DNA of 64,000 nt, taken from the NCBI GenBank assembly GCA_049454295.1, contig JBMTYG010000001.1, positions 17,454 through 81,453 of the forward strand, read 5' to 3'. Numbering within the stretch: the stretch's first letter is position 1; every line of letters starts with the position of its first letter. A program made the translations under genes and the position numbers. The notes beneath the pieces were generated by a model. That model saw nothing but the letters and a program-made list of their open reading frames with translations. It was not told where the DNA came from and searched no databases. Positions 9,784 to 19,138 of this stretch are shown here, in pieces. The stretch is from Pseudomonadales bacterium. Its GTDB lineage: Bacteria; Pseudomonadota; Gammaproteobacteria; Pseudomonadales; Azotimanducaceae.

Positions 9784-10492
9784 CCTTCACCTCTCGGAGC
9801 GCGCGCAATACGGCGGATACATCCGCGGCGCCACAATCATGGACATTGCCGAATCCCAGTTCCACTGCGCGACCAGCGACGCGGGAGGATGGCACCAGCA
9901 CAAGCACATCGTCAGACCCATCCGCCTCGCGCCACAGCGTCCGGATCGGCAGTAGCGCCTCGCCGCTGCCCACGATGATCGCGGTGACGCCAACAGCCGC
10001 GTCCCGCGGCAATGGATCGAGGCGCGACACGCGTCGATAGCATTCGAACCGTTCGACCGACGCGCCACGAGCACGCAGCGTGTCCTCGATCAGCGTGCGT
10101 CCGCCCACGCCTGCCACCAACAGCACGCGCAGGTCCTTGACGTCCCTGAGCCGTGGATCGGCCAGCAGCGCCTCGGAGTCCGACCGGGCCGCATTCGACG
10201 CCGACGCAATGCCGTGGGCCGAAAGGGCCGACGCCGTTCGCGGGCCGATCGCCAGGCAATGCACCGCCGCCGGCAGGATCAGCCCAGGCGCCGCAGCCTG
10301 CAATCGCGGAAGTCCGCAGTGAACCCCATGTTCCGAGACGAAGATGCATCGCTCAAAAGCACCCTTGGGCAGCGCTGGGGAGAGCGGTTCGATCGTCAAC
10401 ACACTCCGCACCCAGCACGGGTAGCCCGCTGCAGTGAGTTCCGCGGCCTGTCGCGAGGCGCCCGGCTCCGACCGGGTAATCCAGAGTTTCAC
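9767..10492 (-). CDS. hemD: Uroporphyrinogen-III synthase
   Basis: 241 aa. [24 protein letters not shown].., two-lobe HEM4 pattern. 4-nt overlap with hemC. Confidence 0.85.
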   Translation of the reverse strand: MKLWITRSEPGASRQAAELTAAGYPCWVRSVLTIEPLSPALPKGAFERCIFVSEHGVHCGLPRLQAAAPGLILPAAVHCLAIGPRTASALSAHGIASASNAARSDSEALLADPRLRDVKDLRVLLVAGVGGRTLIEDTLRARGASVERFECYRRVSRLDPLPRDAAVGVTAIIVGSGEALLPIRTLWREADGSDDVLVLVPSSRVAGRAVELGFGNVHDCGAADVSAVLRALREVKDAGSE

Positions 10493-11433
10493 CTACCCGG
10501 TCCGGGCGCCGCCGAGGGGCTGGGCAGCCGTGCAAGGATGCGGGCCGCGCCTTGTTGACTAAGATCCGCTACCACCTGCGCGGCAAGCGCCTCGGGATCG
10601 CTTCCAGCCGCGCTGGCGTAGAGCCGCTCGCGGCCGTCGGGGTCCGCGAGGACCGCTCTGAGCTGAAGAACGCCATCTTGCTGCTCTGCATAGGCGCCAA
10701 GAGGCGCGGAGCAATCAGCACCCAGCCCGGCGCTGACCCCGCGCTCCGCTCGCACACAGGGGGCACAACTCGGATCATCGAGCGCGGCGACCAGGCGCAG
10801 CACTTCGGCGTCTTGCGCGAGACACTCGATGCCCAGCGCGCCCTGACCCGCCGCCGGCAGAGAATCGTCAAGTGCCACGTACTCGGCGACGCGCGACTCC
10901 AGCCCCAACCGGCGCAGTCCGGCAGCCGCGAGCAGGAGTGCGTCGAACTCACCGGCATCGAGTTTGCCAAGGCGCGTGCCGACATTACCGCGCACCGGTC
11001 GCACGTCGAGGTCCGGCCGGCGCGCAAGCAGCTGCGCTCTTCGCCGCAGGCTTGCGGAGCCCACACGGGCACCTCGGGGCAGCCCAGCCACCGTCGTGCC
11101 CGGCGCGGCCACCAGGGCATCGCGCACGTCATCGCGAAAACCAATGGCGCCCAACACGAACGGCGCCTCGAGCACCGCTGGGACGTCTTTCATGCTGTGC
11201 ACCGCGAGATGCGCATCACCAGACAGCAGCGCCTGCTCGAGCTCTTTAATGAACAGTCCCTTGCCACCCACCTCGGACAGGGGCGTGCTGAGCCAGCGGT
11301 CGCCGGCGGTCCGCATTCCCAGCAGGCTGACGGTCAACCCGGGGTGCCGCGCTTCGAGCGCGGCCTTGATAAAGCGGGCCTGCCACAAGGCGAGGGGGCT
11401 TTCTCGCGTGGCGATGACAAGGCGATCAAGCAT
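10489..11433 (-). CDS. hemC: Hydroxymethylbilane synthase (porphobilinogen deaminase)
   Basis: [27 protein letters not shown].., [34 protein letters not shown]. Trimmed from track start 11502 to ATG 11433. Confidence 0.95.
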   Translation of the reverse strand: MLDRLVIATRESPLALWQARFIKAALEARHPGLTVSLLGMRTAGDRWLSTPLSEVGGKGLFIKELEQALLSGDAHLAVHSMKDVPAVLEAPFVLGAIGFRDDVRDALVAAPGTTVAGLPRGARVGSASLRRRAQLLARRPDLDVRPVRGNVGTRLGKLDAGEFDALLLAAAGLRRLGLESRVAEYVALDDSLPAAGQGALGIECLAQDAEVLRLVAALDDPSCAPCVRAERGVSAGLGADCSAPLGAYAEQQDGVLQLRAVLADPDGRERLYASAAGSDPEALAAQVVADLSQQGAARILARLPSPSAAPGPGR

Positions 11434-11588
11434 GCGCGACTCCCGTTGGCGATCTAGAACACATTCTCGCAGGTTATGCGGCTGTTTCCTCGACCGCGGC
11501 AACGCTCATCCGGTATCGATGGCGCGCACGAGGTCGCGCGCTGACGAGTGCTATGATGCGCGACCGGAAAACCTGCGTGACGACGATC

Positions 11589-12995
11589 ATGACCGACGAT
11601 TCATCCGACCGCGCAACCGCGGACAGCAAGCTCTGGGGTGGTCGGTTCGGCGAAGCCACCGACGCCTTCGTCGAAGCATTTACCGCCTCCGTCAATTTTG
11701 ATCGGCGGCTCTATCGCCAGGACATCGCGGGATCAATCGCCCACGCGCAGATGCTCGGCCGAGTCGGCGTTCTGACCGCGGAAGAGAGCCGCGACATTGT
11801 CGCTGGACTGGCGCGCGTGCGCGCGGAAATCGAGTCTGGCAGCTTCCAATGGCGCGTCTCACTCGAGGACGTGCACATGAACATCGAAAGCCGGCTCACG
11901 GCGCTCATCGGCGACACCGGCAAGAAGCTGCACACCGGGCGGTCGCGGAACGACCAGGTCGCGACGGACATCCGACTGTATCTGCGCGACGCAATCGACG
12001 CTCTCGATGACTTGATGACGCGGCTGCTGCAGGCCCTGATCGAGCTCGCGGAAGCCCACGTACAGACCATCATGCCGGGTTTCACCCACCTGCAGGCAGC
12101 GCAGCCGATCACCTTCGGTCATCACCTGCTCGCTTGGTTCGAGATGCTGCATCGCGATCGGGATCGCCTGCGTGACTGCCGCAAACGGGTGAACGTATTA
12201 CCCCTCGGGGCTGCAGCGCTCGCCGGAACGACCTTTCCGATCGACCGGCACGACGTCGCCGCGGCCCTCGGCTTTGCCGCGGTTGCCGAGAATTCCCTCG
12301 ACGCGGTCAGCGACCGGGACTTCGCCATCGAATTCGCGAGCGTCGCGAGCCTCACCCTCGTGCACCTGTCACGGTGGTGCGAGGAACTGGTGCTGTGGTC
12401 GTCGCAGCAGTTCAGCTTCATCGATCTGCCAGATCGCTTCTGCACCGGTTCGAGCATCATGCCGCAAAAGAAAAACCCCGACGTGCCAGAACTGGTGCGC
12501 GGCAAAAGCGGCCGCGTGATTGGGGATCTCATGAGCTTGCTGACACTGATGAAGGGTCAGCCACTCGCGTACAACAAAGACAATCAGGAAGACAAAGAGC
12601 CGCTTTTCGACGCCATCGACACGCTGACGGGTTGTCTGACCGCCATGCTCGGACTCGTGCCCGCAATCGTCGTGCGTGAGGCAACGCTGCGCGAGGCGGC
12701 GCTAGAGGGCTACACCACTGCCACCGATCTCGCTGACTATCTGGTGCGCCGTCAGGTGCCGTTCCGCGATGCGCACGAGATCGTGGGTCGTGCCGTCGGC
12801 TACGCGGTGGCGGCCGGACGGAGTCTCGAGAGTCTCTCGCTAAAGGAACTCAAGCAGTTCGGCGGAGACGCCATCGATGCCACCGTCTCCGAGGTCCTGA
12901 CCCTCGAGGGTTCGGTCAATGCCCGCAACCATTTTGGCGGTACCGCGCCCGCCCAGGTACGCGCTGCGCTCGAACGGGCGCGGGCTCGACTCTGA
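11589..12995 (+). CDS. argH: Argininosuccinate lyase
   Basis: [18 protein letters not shown].., [20 protein letters not shown] (fumarate-lyase signature). Start set to ATG 11589 (track 11553). Divergent from hemC. Confidence 0.95.
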   Translation: MTDDSSDRATADSKLWGGRFGEATDAFVEAFTASVNFDRRLYRQDIAGSIAHAQMLGRVGVLTAEESRDIVAGLARVRAEIESGSFQWRVSLEDVHMNIESRLTALIGDTGKKLHTGRSRNDQVATDIRLYLRDAIDALDDLMTRLLQALIELAEAHVQTIMPGFTHLQAAQPITFGHHLLAWFEMLHRDRDRLRDCRKRVNVLPLGAAALAGTTFPIDRHDVAAALGFAAVAENSLDAVSDRDFAIEFASVASLTLVHLSRWCEELVLWSSQQFSFIDLPDRFCTGSSIMPQKKNPDVPELVRGKSGRVIGDLMSLLTLMKGQPLAYNKDNQEDKEPLFDAIDTLTGCLTAMLGLVPAIVVREATLREAALEGYTTATDLADYLVRRQVPFRDAHEIVGRAVGYAVAAGRSLESLSLKELKQFGGDAIDATVSEVLTLEGSVNARNHFGGTAPAQVRAALERARARL

Positions 12996-13073
12996 GACCC
13001 CTGCAGACCGGTACGGTCAACAGGCTATACTGCGCCGCTTGCTCGAGCCTCGTCGTAACAGGAACTGCCACGC

Positions 13074-13202
13074 ATGCGCTGGATCTTCATAGGGCTGATC
13101 ACGCTCCAGGCTGCCACCTGTGGTCAGAAGGGTCCGCTCACGTTGCCTGACGCGGGCGCGCGACCGGCTTTCGCAACAGCTGCAAGCACCAGCGAACGCT
13201 GA
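13074..13202 (+). CDS. lptM: Small lipoprotein LptM (YifL/LppL family), 42 aa, absent from the ORF track
   Basis: Own translation: MRWIFIGLITLQAATCGQKGPLTLPDAGARPAFATAASTSER. The C-G-x-K-G-P-L-x-L-P motif right after the lipobox Cys is the hallmark of this family. It sits directly upstream of lysA-dapF, its usual position. Confidence 0.8.
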   Translation: MRWIFIGLITLQAATCGQKGPLTLPDAGARPAFATAASTSER

Positions 13203-13221
13203 CCGGGCATGGCACCGTTTC

Positions 13222-14520
13222 ATGAGCGCATCAACCACAGCCATGCCTGAGACAGCCAACACATCAGCGTTCGTGCACCGCGACGGGGTGCTGCACGCGG
13301 AGGGGGTCCCCTTAACCCGCATCGCGGACAATGTGGGTACCCCTGTCTGGGTCTACTCGCGGACGCATTTGGTACAGCAGTATCGACGTCTAGAGGCTGC
13401 CCTGCACCCGCTGGATGTCACCTTGTGTTATGCGGTTAAAGCCAACTCCAACCTGAGCATCCTCCGCGTATTTGCCGACTTGGGCGCCGGCTTCGACATT
13501 GTCTCCGGCGGCGAGCTGGTACGCGTTATCGAAGCCGGTGCAGATCCGCGACGTGTCGTTTTTTCCGGCGTCGGCAAGTCGATCGAGGAGATCGATTTCG
13601 CGTTAAAGACGGGCATTGGCTGCTTCAACGTCGAGAGCGCGGCGGAGCTTGACCGCATCAGCGCGCGCGCGCGCCTGCTCGGCCGCGTCGCGGCGATTTC
13701 ACTGCGGGTCAATCCGGATGTGGATGCGGGCACGCACCCCTATATCTCCACCGGTCTGCGCAGCAACAAATTCGGTATTCCGATCAGCCATGCGACTCAG
13801 CTTTATCGCCAGGCCGCCAAGGATCTCCATCTCGAACTGCACGGCATCGACTGCCATATCGGATCGCAAATCCTCACGCCCACACCGCTCATCGAGGCAC
13901 TGTCCAGCGTGTTGGCGCTTGTCGACGATCTCGCCGCAGAAGGCATTGATCTGCAGCACGTCGATCTGGGAGGCGGTCTCGGCGTGCCCTATCGTGGGGA
14001 AGACCCGGAGTTCGATGTTTTACGCTGGGGCGCCGATATCCGAGCCGCGCTTGGGGAGCGCAAACTCAAACTCGTGCTGGAGCCCGGGCGGTTTCTGGTC
14101 GCAAACGGCGGCGTGCTGCTGACCAGCATCGAATATCTGAAGCCAGCGACCGAGCCTGACGCGCCAAACTTCGCCATCGTGGATGCGGCAATGAATGATC
14201 TGATCCGACCCGCGTTGTATGACGCCTGGCATGAGATCGAACCGGTGACAAGCGCCCAGACAACGCCAGTGATGCGGTGGCAAATCGTGGGTCCCGTGTG
14301 CGAGTCAGGCGATTTTCTCGGACACGATCGAGATCTGGCGCTTGAACCTGGCGCCCTGCTCGCCGTGCGTTCTGCTGGCGCCTACGGTATGGCGCAAAGC
14401 TCCAACTACAATACGCGACCGCGCGCCGCAGAGGTGCTGGTCGAGGATGGCGCGTACCGCATTGTGCGACGCCGCGAGACCCTGCGCGATCTGCTCGCCG
14501 CCGAGCTGCCGGAGACCTGA
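13222..14520 (+). CDS. lysA: Diaminopimelate decarboxylase
   Basis: TPVWVYS, CYAVKANSNLSILRVFADLG (PLP Lys), HIGSQI, EPGRFLVANGG, GPVCESGDFLG, SAGAYGMAQSSNYN. Trimmed to ATG 13222; the track start 13120 would overlap lptM. Confidence 0.95.
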   Translation: MSASTTAMPETANTSAFVHRDGVLHAEGVPLTRIADNVGTPVWVYSRTHLVQQYRRLEAALHPLDVTLCYAVKANSNLSILRVFADLGAGFDIVSGGELVRVIEAGADPRRVVFSGVGKSIEEIDFALKTGIGCFNVESAAELDRISARARLLGRVAAISLRVNPDVDAGTHPYISTGLRSNKFGIPISHATQLYRQAAKDLHLELHGIDCHIGSQILTPTPLIEALSSVLALVDDLAAEGIDLQHVDLGGGLGVPYRGEDPEFDVLRWGADIRAALGERKLKLVLEPGRFLVANGGVLLTSIEYLKPATEPDAPNFAIVDAAMNDLIRPALYDAWHEIEPVTSAQTTPVMRWQIVGPVCESGDFLGHDRDLALEPGALLAVRSAGAYGMAQSSNYNTRPRAAEVLVEDGAYRIVRRRETLRDLLAAELPET

Positions 14521-14524
14521 CACC

Positions 14525-15379
14525 ATGCTGCTCCCTTTCAGCAAGATGCACGGTCTCGGCAACGACTTCATGCTGCTCGACCTGGTCACGCAGCACTTTG
14601 AGCCGGTGCCCGAGCAAATACGAGCCTGGAGCGATCGCCATACCGGGGTCGGCTTCGACTCGCTCCTCGTGATCGAACCCCCGACGGATCCGCATGCGGA
14701 TTTTCGCTATCGGATCTTCAATGCCGATGGCACAGAAGTCGAGCAATGCGGTAACGGCGCTCGCTGCGCTGCGCTGTTCGTTGCGGCGCGGGCGCTGAGC
14801 CCAAAACGCTCGCTCATCCTGCAGACCATGCGCGGCAGAGTTTGTACAACTCGCCTGAATGACGACCAGGTTGAAGTGGATATGGGCGCGCCTGAACTTG
14901 CGCCCCAGAGCCTGCCCTTTGATGACACCGTGCCAGGTGTGAGCGCCATTATCGACCGTCCGGGCCAGTGGCAAATCCAGACCAACGCCGGCACCGTGGA
15001 ATTATTCCTCGTGTCGATGGGTAATCCGCACGCAGTGCTGTTCGTCGACAATGCGGCGCACGCAGCAGTCGACGCGGTCGGCAACGCGCTTATGCAGCAC
15101 GCCGCATTCCCCGCCGGCGTCAACGTGGGCTTTTGTCAGGTTGTCGATGACGCCTTTCTGCGACTGCGCGTATTTGAGCGAGGCATAGGCGAAACCCAAG
15201 CCTGTGGCTCGGGCGCCTGCGCGGCGGCCGTGGCCGCACGCCTCTCGGGTCGAGGCGGTCCCAGGCTCAAAATCTCGTTACCCGGCGGCAAGGTTCGTGT
15301 GACATGGCAGGGCCCTGACAGCCCCGTTAAACTTGTCGGCCCAGCCACGTTGGTCTTCGAGGGGCAGATCGAAGCATGA
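14525..15379 (+). CDS. dapF: Diaminopimelate epimerase
   Basis: MLLPFSKMHGLGNDFMLLD, NADGTEVEQCGNGARC, ETQACGSGACAAA (both catalytic Cys motifs). Trimmed from 14342 to ATG 14525. Confidence 0.95.
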   Translation: MLLPFSKMHGLGNDFMLLDLVTQHFEPVPEQIRAWSDRHTGVGFDSLLVIEPPTDPHADFRYRIFNADGTEVEQCGNGARCAALFVAARALSPKRSLILQTMRGRVCTTRLNDDQVEVDMGAPELAPQSLPFDDTVPGVSAIIDRPGQWQIQTNAGTVELFLVSMGNPHAVLFVDNAAHAAVDAVGNALMQHAAFPAGVNVGFCQVVDDAFLRLRVFERGIGETQACGSGACAAAVAARLSGRGGPRLKISLPGGKVRVTWQGPDSPVKLVGPATLVFEGQIEA

Positions 15380-16038
15380 GTGCACACGCTCCGCTCAGAG
15401 ACACTGAGGTGGTCGATTACCTGCGCGAGCACCCCAATTTTTTCGCTGATCATGAGGATCTGCTCGGGGAATTGCGGATACCGCATGCGTCAGGTGCCGC
15501 GGTCTCGCTCGTCGAGCGCCAGCTCGCCATCCTTCGCGACCGCAACGCGGTCATGCGCCGACGCATGACCGAGCTGATGCAGACGGCGCGCAATAACGAC
15601 GAACTGTTCCGCAAAACCCGCACGCTGACGCTGGAACTGCTCAACGTGGCGTCCTGGCATGCGCTCAACGAGGTTGTTGCGACCTCGGTCCTCACCGATT
15701 TTGGTGCCGACTTCGTCTGTTGCCATTTGACCGCTGTGCCTGCCGACCTCGATCATCTGCGCGGTCATGAGGGCGCACTGCCCCATGAAGCACTCCTGCG
15801 CGGCAATCAGTCGGCGTGCATCACCCTTCGCGTCGATGAGTTAGCCAGCCTCTTCCCGGGTCATAGCGCCGAGCGCGAGGGCAGTGCCGCCGTGGCGCCC
15901 TTCGCATGGTCTGGCGGACGCGGATGTCTTGCCATCGGCAGCCGCAACCCCGGAAGCTTTGCGCCGGAGATGGATACGCTATTCGTCACCTACATCGCCG
16001 AGGTCATCTCGCGCGTGGTGCAGCGTCTTGCCGACTGA
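15376..16038 (+). CDS. DUF484 family protein (YigA-like)
   Basis: 220 aa. DYLREHPNFFADHEDLLGELRIPH..SLVERQLAILRDRN is the DUF484 N-terminal pattern. Position between dapF and xerC matches E. coli yigA. Confidence 0.8.
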   Translation: MSAHAPLRDTEVVDYLREHPNFFADHEDLLGELRIPHASGAAVSLVERQLAILRDRNAVMRRRMTELMQTARNNDELFRKTRTLTLELLNVASWHALNEVVATSVLTDFGADFVCCHLTAVPADLDHLRGHEGALPHEALLRGNQSACITLRVDELASLFPGHSAEREGSAAVAPFAWSGGRGCLAIGSRNPGSFAPEMDTLFVTYIAEVISRVVQRLAD

Positions 16039-16957
16039 ACTCGATACGTCGAGCGCGGACGCACTGCTCGAGCGCTTCGTTGATCATCTGCGCCTTGAGC
16101 GTCGCTACTCGGCGCATACCCTGACCGGCTATAGGCGCGATCTGGAACGTCTCGCCCAGGTCGTGAACCGGCCCTGGGGTGAGATCCGAAGCCACGACAT
16201 TGCTGCGCACGTGGCACGACTCAACGCGTCCGGACAAGCGCCGCGAAGCATTCAGCGGGCCCTGTCATGCATACGCAGCTTTTATCGATTTCTGATCCGA
16301 CACGGGTGCGCATCACAAGATCCGACCACGGGGTTACGCGCCCCCAAAGCACCGGCGAGACTGCCCCGCCTCCTCGATACCGATCAGGCGGCGCAGCTGC
16401 TCGCAAGGGTGCCAGAGGACGGCGACGAAGTACGGGATCTTGCCATTGCCGAGCTGTTCTACGGCAGCGGGCTGCGACTAGCCGAGCTCACCGGCGCTAA
16501 CATCGGTGACCTCGACCTCAATGAAGGCTTCATTCGCGTCCGTGGCAAAGGCAACAAGATGCGCAACGTCCCGCTAGGACGCCAGAGTGTAACAGCGCTG
16601 CGGCAGTGGCTTCAGGCGCGCGCTGTCTCGACCAGCGCAACCCCAGGGCTGACCCTCGGGCACGAGTCGCCGCTGTTTACCGGGCGCGGCGGTGTTCGCA
16701 TTGCGCCGCGCACCGTGCAAAAGCGACTCAAGCGTCTCGCGGTGTTGCAGCTTGGCAGCGACGAACTCCATCCACACATGTTGCGACACAGTTTTGCCAG
16801 CCACATGCTTGAATCATCGAGTGATTTGCGCGCCGTGCAGGAACTTCTCGGACATGCCGATATAGCCACGACACAGATTTACACGCACCTCGACTTTCAG
16901 CACCTGGCTAAGGTGTACGACGCTGCGCACCCACGAGCGCGGAGCCGCAAGGACTAA
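16028..16957 (+). CDS. xerC: Tyrosine recombinase XerC (chromosome dimer resolution)
   Basis: LERFVDHLRLERRYSAHTLTGYRRDL.., RLAELTGANIGDLD, HMLRHSFASHMLESSSDLRAVQELLGHADIATTQIYTH (R-H-R-Y catalytic set). The track start 15884 overlaps DUF484 by 155 nt. I placed the start at the in-frame TTG 16028; the exact start is uncertain. Confidence 0.9.
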   Translation: MPTELDTSSADALLERFVDHLRLERRYSAHTLTGYRRDLERLAQVVNRPWGEIRSHDIAAHVARLNASGQAPRSIQRALSCIRSFYRFLIRHGCASQDPTTGLRAPKAPARLPRLLDTDQAAQLLARVPEDGDEVRDLAIAELFYGSGLRLAELTGANIGDLDLNEGFIRVRGKGNKMRNVPLGRQSVTALRQWLQARAVSTSATPGLTLGHESPLFTGRGGVRIAPRTVQKRLKRLAVLQLGSDELHPHMLRHSFASHMLESSSDLRAVQELLGHADIATTQIYTHLDFQHLAKVYDAAHPRARSRKD

Positions 16958-17682
16958 TGGCTTCTGTCACGCTTGTCACCTTCGATCTCGACAACACGCT
17001 GTGGGACGTGGATCGTGTCGTGCGTCGGGCGGAAGAGCGCATGCGCACCTGGATCAGGGAGCGCGTACCCGTCTTCGATGAGCGGTTTCCCCCCGAAATG
17101 ATGGCCGGATTGCGCACTTCGGTGCTCGCAGCCGAGCCTGCCCTACGCCATGATCTTTCGAAGTTTCGCGAGCGGCTGTTGTTTGTGGCGCTCTGTCAGT
17201 GCGACCTGGCCGAGGCAGTGGCGGCAGATCTCGCGGCAGGCGCTTTTGCTGAGTTTTATGCGGCGCGCCACGATGTGGAGTACTTTCCCGACGCACTTTC
17301 GACCCTCGCGGTCTTATCCCAGCGCTTTGCGCTCGCCGCGCTCACCAACGGCAATGCCGACTTCAAGCGTTTGGGTCTCGATCGATACTTTGCTTTTGGC
17401 TTCAACGCTGCGACGGTCGGCGCCAGCAAGCCCGCACCGGACATGTTTGAGGCGGCGCTGCGGCGCGCAGGCGCAGCCCCGGCCGGAGCTGTCCATATCG
17501 GCGATCACCTGGTAGACGATGTGCAAGGCGCCGCGGCAGTGGGCATGCACACCATCTGGGTCAATTTTTCCGGTGACTCACCAGCAAATGGCACTATCGC
17601 TCCGAGCCGCGAGGTTCGTCACTTGGCGGATATTCCCAGCGCCGTCGAAGCCATTAACGCCGCGCTGCGTGAGTCTCGATAA
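16957..17682 (+). CDS. HAD-superfamily hydrolase (YigB-like phosphatase)
   Basis: VTFDLDNTLWD (DxDxT motif), LTNGNAD, HIGDHLVDDVQGA. Follows xerC as yigB does in E. coli. Confidence 0.8.
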   Translation: MASVTLVTFDLDNTLWDVDRVVRRAEERMRTWIRERVPVFDERFPPEMMAGLRTSVLAAEPALRHDLSKFRERLLFVALCQCDLAEAVAADLAAGAFAEFYAARHDVEYFPDALSTLAVLSQRFALAALTNGNADFKRLGLDRYFAFGFNAATVGASKPAPDMFEAALRRAGAAPAGAVHIGDHLVDDVQGAAAVGMHTIWVNFSGDSPANGTIAPSREVRHLADIPSAVEAINAALRESR

Positions 17683-19021
17683 AGCCTCTGATAGCGTCGA
17701 GGGAGGCCGGTACCGGCGTGGTGCGAGCGGGTAGACCGCGCAGGCTTTCAAGGCGCTCATGGCGTGCGACCGGCAACCCCACCGCGGCATCGACCGCTTC
17801 CGGAAATTTGGCTGGGTGCGCCGTCGCGAGACACACCGTGGGTCCCGCATAGGGTAACCGGCGGGCGGCAGCGAGCCCCACTGCCGTGTGAGGGTCGATC
17901 ACGTAGCCCGATTCAGCATAGACCGCGTGAATCGTTGCGGATGTCTCGGCCATATCCACCGCGGTCGCAACGAAATCCTGTGGGCTTTCCCGGTCCAGGC
18001 TTGCCGTCCCCGTCTCGGCAAAGCGTTGCATGAACGCCCGCAGCGCTGTTGTGCTCTCGCCCAGTCGGTAATAGAGATACCGCTCAAAGTTGCTTGCGAC
18101 CTGAATGTCCATAGCCGGTGTGATGGTGAACCGCACTGGTCCGCGGGCGTAGGTGCCGCTATTGAAAAAGACCGAGAGGATGTCGTTCTCGTTGGTAGCG
18201 ACCACGAGATCCCCAATCGGGAACCCCATGCGGCGAGCCACGTAGCCTGCGAAAACATTGCCGAAGTTCCCCGTGGGGACTGCGAAGCGAACCGGGGCAT
18301 CCGATCCCAGGCGCAGACTCGCCCATGCGTAATACACAACCTGCGCGAGCACGCGAGCCCAGTTGACCGAATTGACCGCTCCCAGGTGATAGCTCGACTT
18401 AAACGGGAGATCACCGAACAGCGTCTTCATCAGATTCTGGCAGTCGTCGAAACTGCCACTCACTGAAAGACAGTGTACGTTGGGGTCAAGCACGGTCGTC
18501 ATCTGCAGTTCCTGCAGCTCACTCACCCGTCCCGCCGGATACATGATGAATATGTCGATATCCGAAAGCCCGCGCACACCGGCGATGGCTGCGCTGCCAG
18601 TGTCACCGCTCGTGGCGCCCAGGATGTTCAGATGTTCGCCCCGCTGCTTGAGCATGTACTCGAACAACCGCCCCAGGAACTGGAGCGCGACATCCTTGAA
18701 CGCCAGCGTCGGGCCGTGAAAGAGCTCCATGACCGACACATCCCCCACGGAGACGAGAGGAGCGATCTCGGGATGATCAAAGGTGGCGTAAGCGCGGCGG
18801 ATAATGTCGTCGAGTACGGGCCGCGGAATATCATCCACATAGAGAGCGATGAGTTCCTGCGCGAGTTCCACATACCCTAAAGAGCGCAGGACCGGGATAC
18901 GGTCGCGCACATCGGGGATGTATTCAGGGAGCAACAGGCCGCCGTCCGGCGCAAGCCCAGTCAGGACCGCATCAGTAAATCCCATGAGGGGCGTCTCGCC
19001 CCGGGTGCTGAAGTAACGCAT
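17654..19021 (-). CDS. thrC: Threonine synthase
   Basis: 455 aa. MRYFSTRGE.., HGPTLAFKDVALQ (PLP Lys), ATSGDTGSAA, long-form ThrC layout. Its 3' end overlaps the HAD gene 3' end by 29 nt (convergent). Confidence 0.95.
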   Translation of the reverse strand: MRYFSTRGETPLMGFTDAVLTGLAPDGGLLLPEYIPDVRDRIPVLRSLGYVELAQELIALYVDDIPRPVLDDIIRRAYATFDHPEIAPLVSVGDVSVMELFHGPTLAFKDVALQFLGRLFEYMLKQRGEHLNILGATSGDTGSAAIAGVRGLSDIDIFIMYPAGRVSELQELQMTTVLDPNVHCLSVSGSFDDCQNLMKTLFGDLPFKSSYHLGAVNSVNWARVLAQVVYYAWASLRLGSDAPVRFAVPTGNFGNVFAGYVARRMGFPIGDLVVATNENDILSVFFNSGTYARGPVRFTITPAMDIQVASNFERYLYYRLGESTTALRAFMQRFAETGTASLDRESPQDFVATAVDMAETSATIHAVYAESGYVIDPHTAVGLAAARRLPYAGPTVCLATAHPAKFPEAVDAAVGLPVARHERLESLRGLPARTTPVPASLDAIRGFIETHAARR

Positions 19022-19091
19022 GCGCCCGATTGGTCCTTCGCTCAGTTCATGGAGGCGCGATTGTAGCAGGCGGGCCGACTCCTATATGCAG

Positions 19092-19112
19092 CGGGGCGCC
19101 CTAGGCGCCCCG
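19092..19112 (-). terminator. GC hairpin downstream of amtB
   Basis: cggggcgc (19092-19099) / gcgccccg (19105-19112) with a 5-nt loop, 27 nt after the amtB stop and before the thrC start. No clear U tract on the minus strand. Confidence 0.35.
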
Positions 19113-19138
19113 TGCATTCTTTCCAACCCGAACCAGGA

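Noticed and set aside
10552-11701. 301-aa and 245-aa + ORFs over hemC
   Set aside because: They are antisense or alternative-frame to hydroxymethylbilane synthase. The second would also run across the hemC/argH divergent promoter region.
13017-13331. 104-aa minus-strand ORF between argH and lysA
   Set aside because: It is antisense to the LptM small ORF and the lysA 5' end, with no motif support.
15884-16957. Tyrosine recombinase as a sign of an integrated mobile element
   Set aside because: It sits in the conserved dapF-DUF484-xerC-HAD housekeeping arrangement, with no att-like repeats, tRNA or phage/transposon genes nearby. I interpret it as chromosomal XerC.
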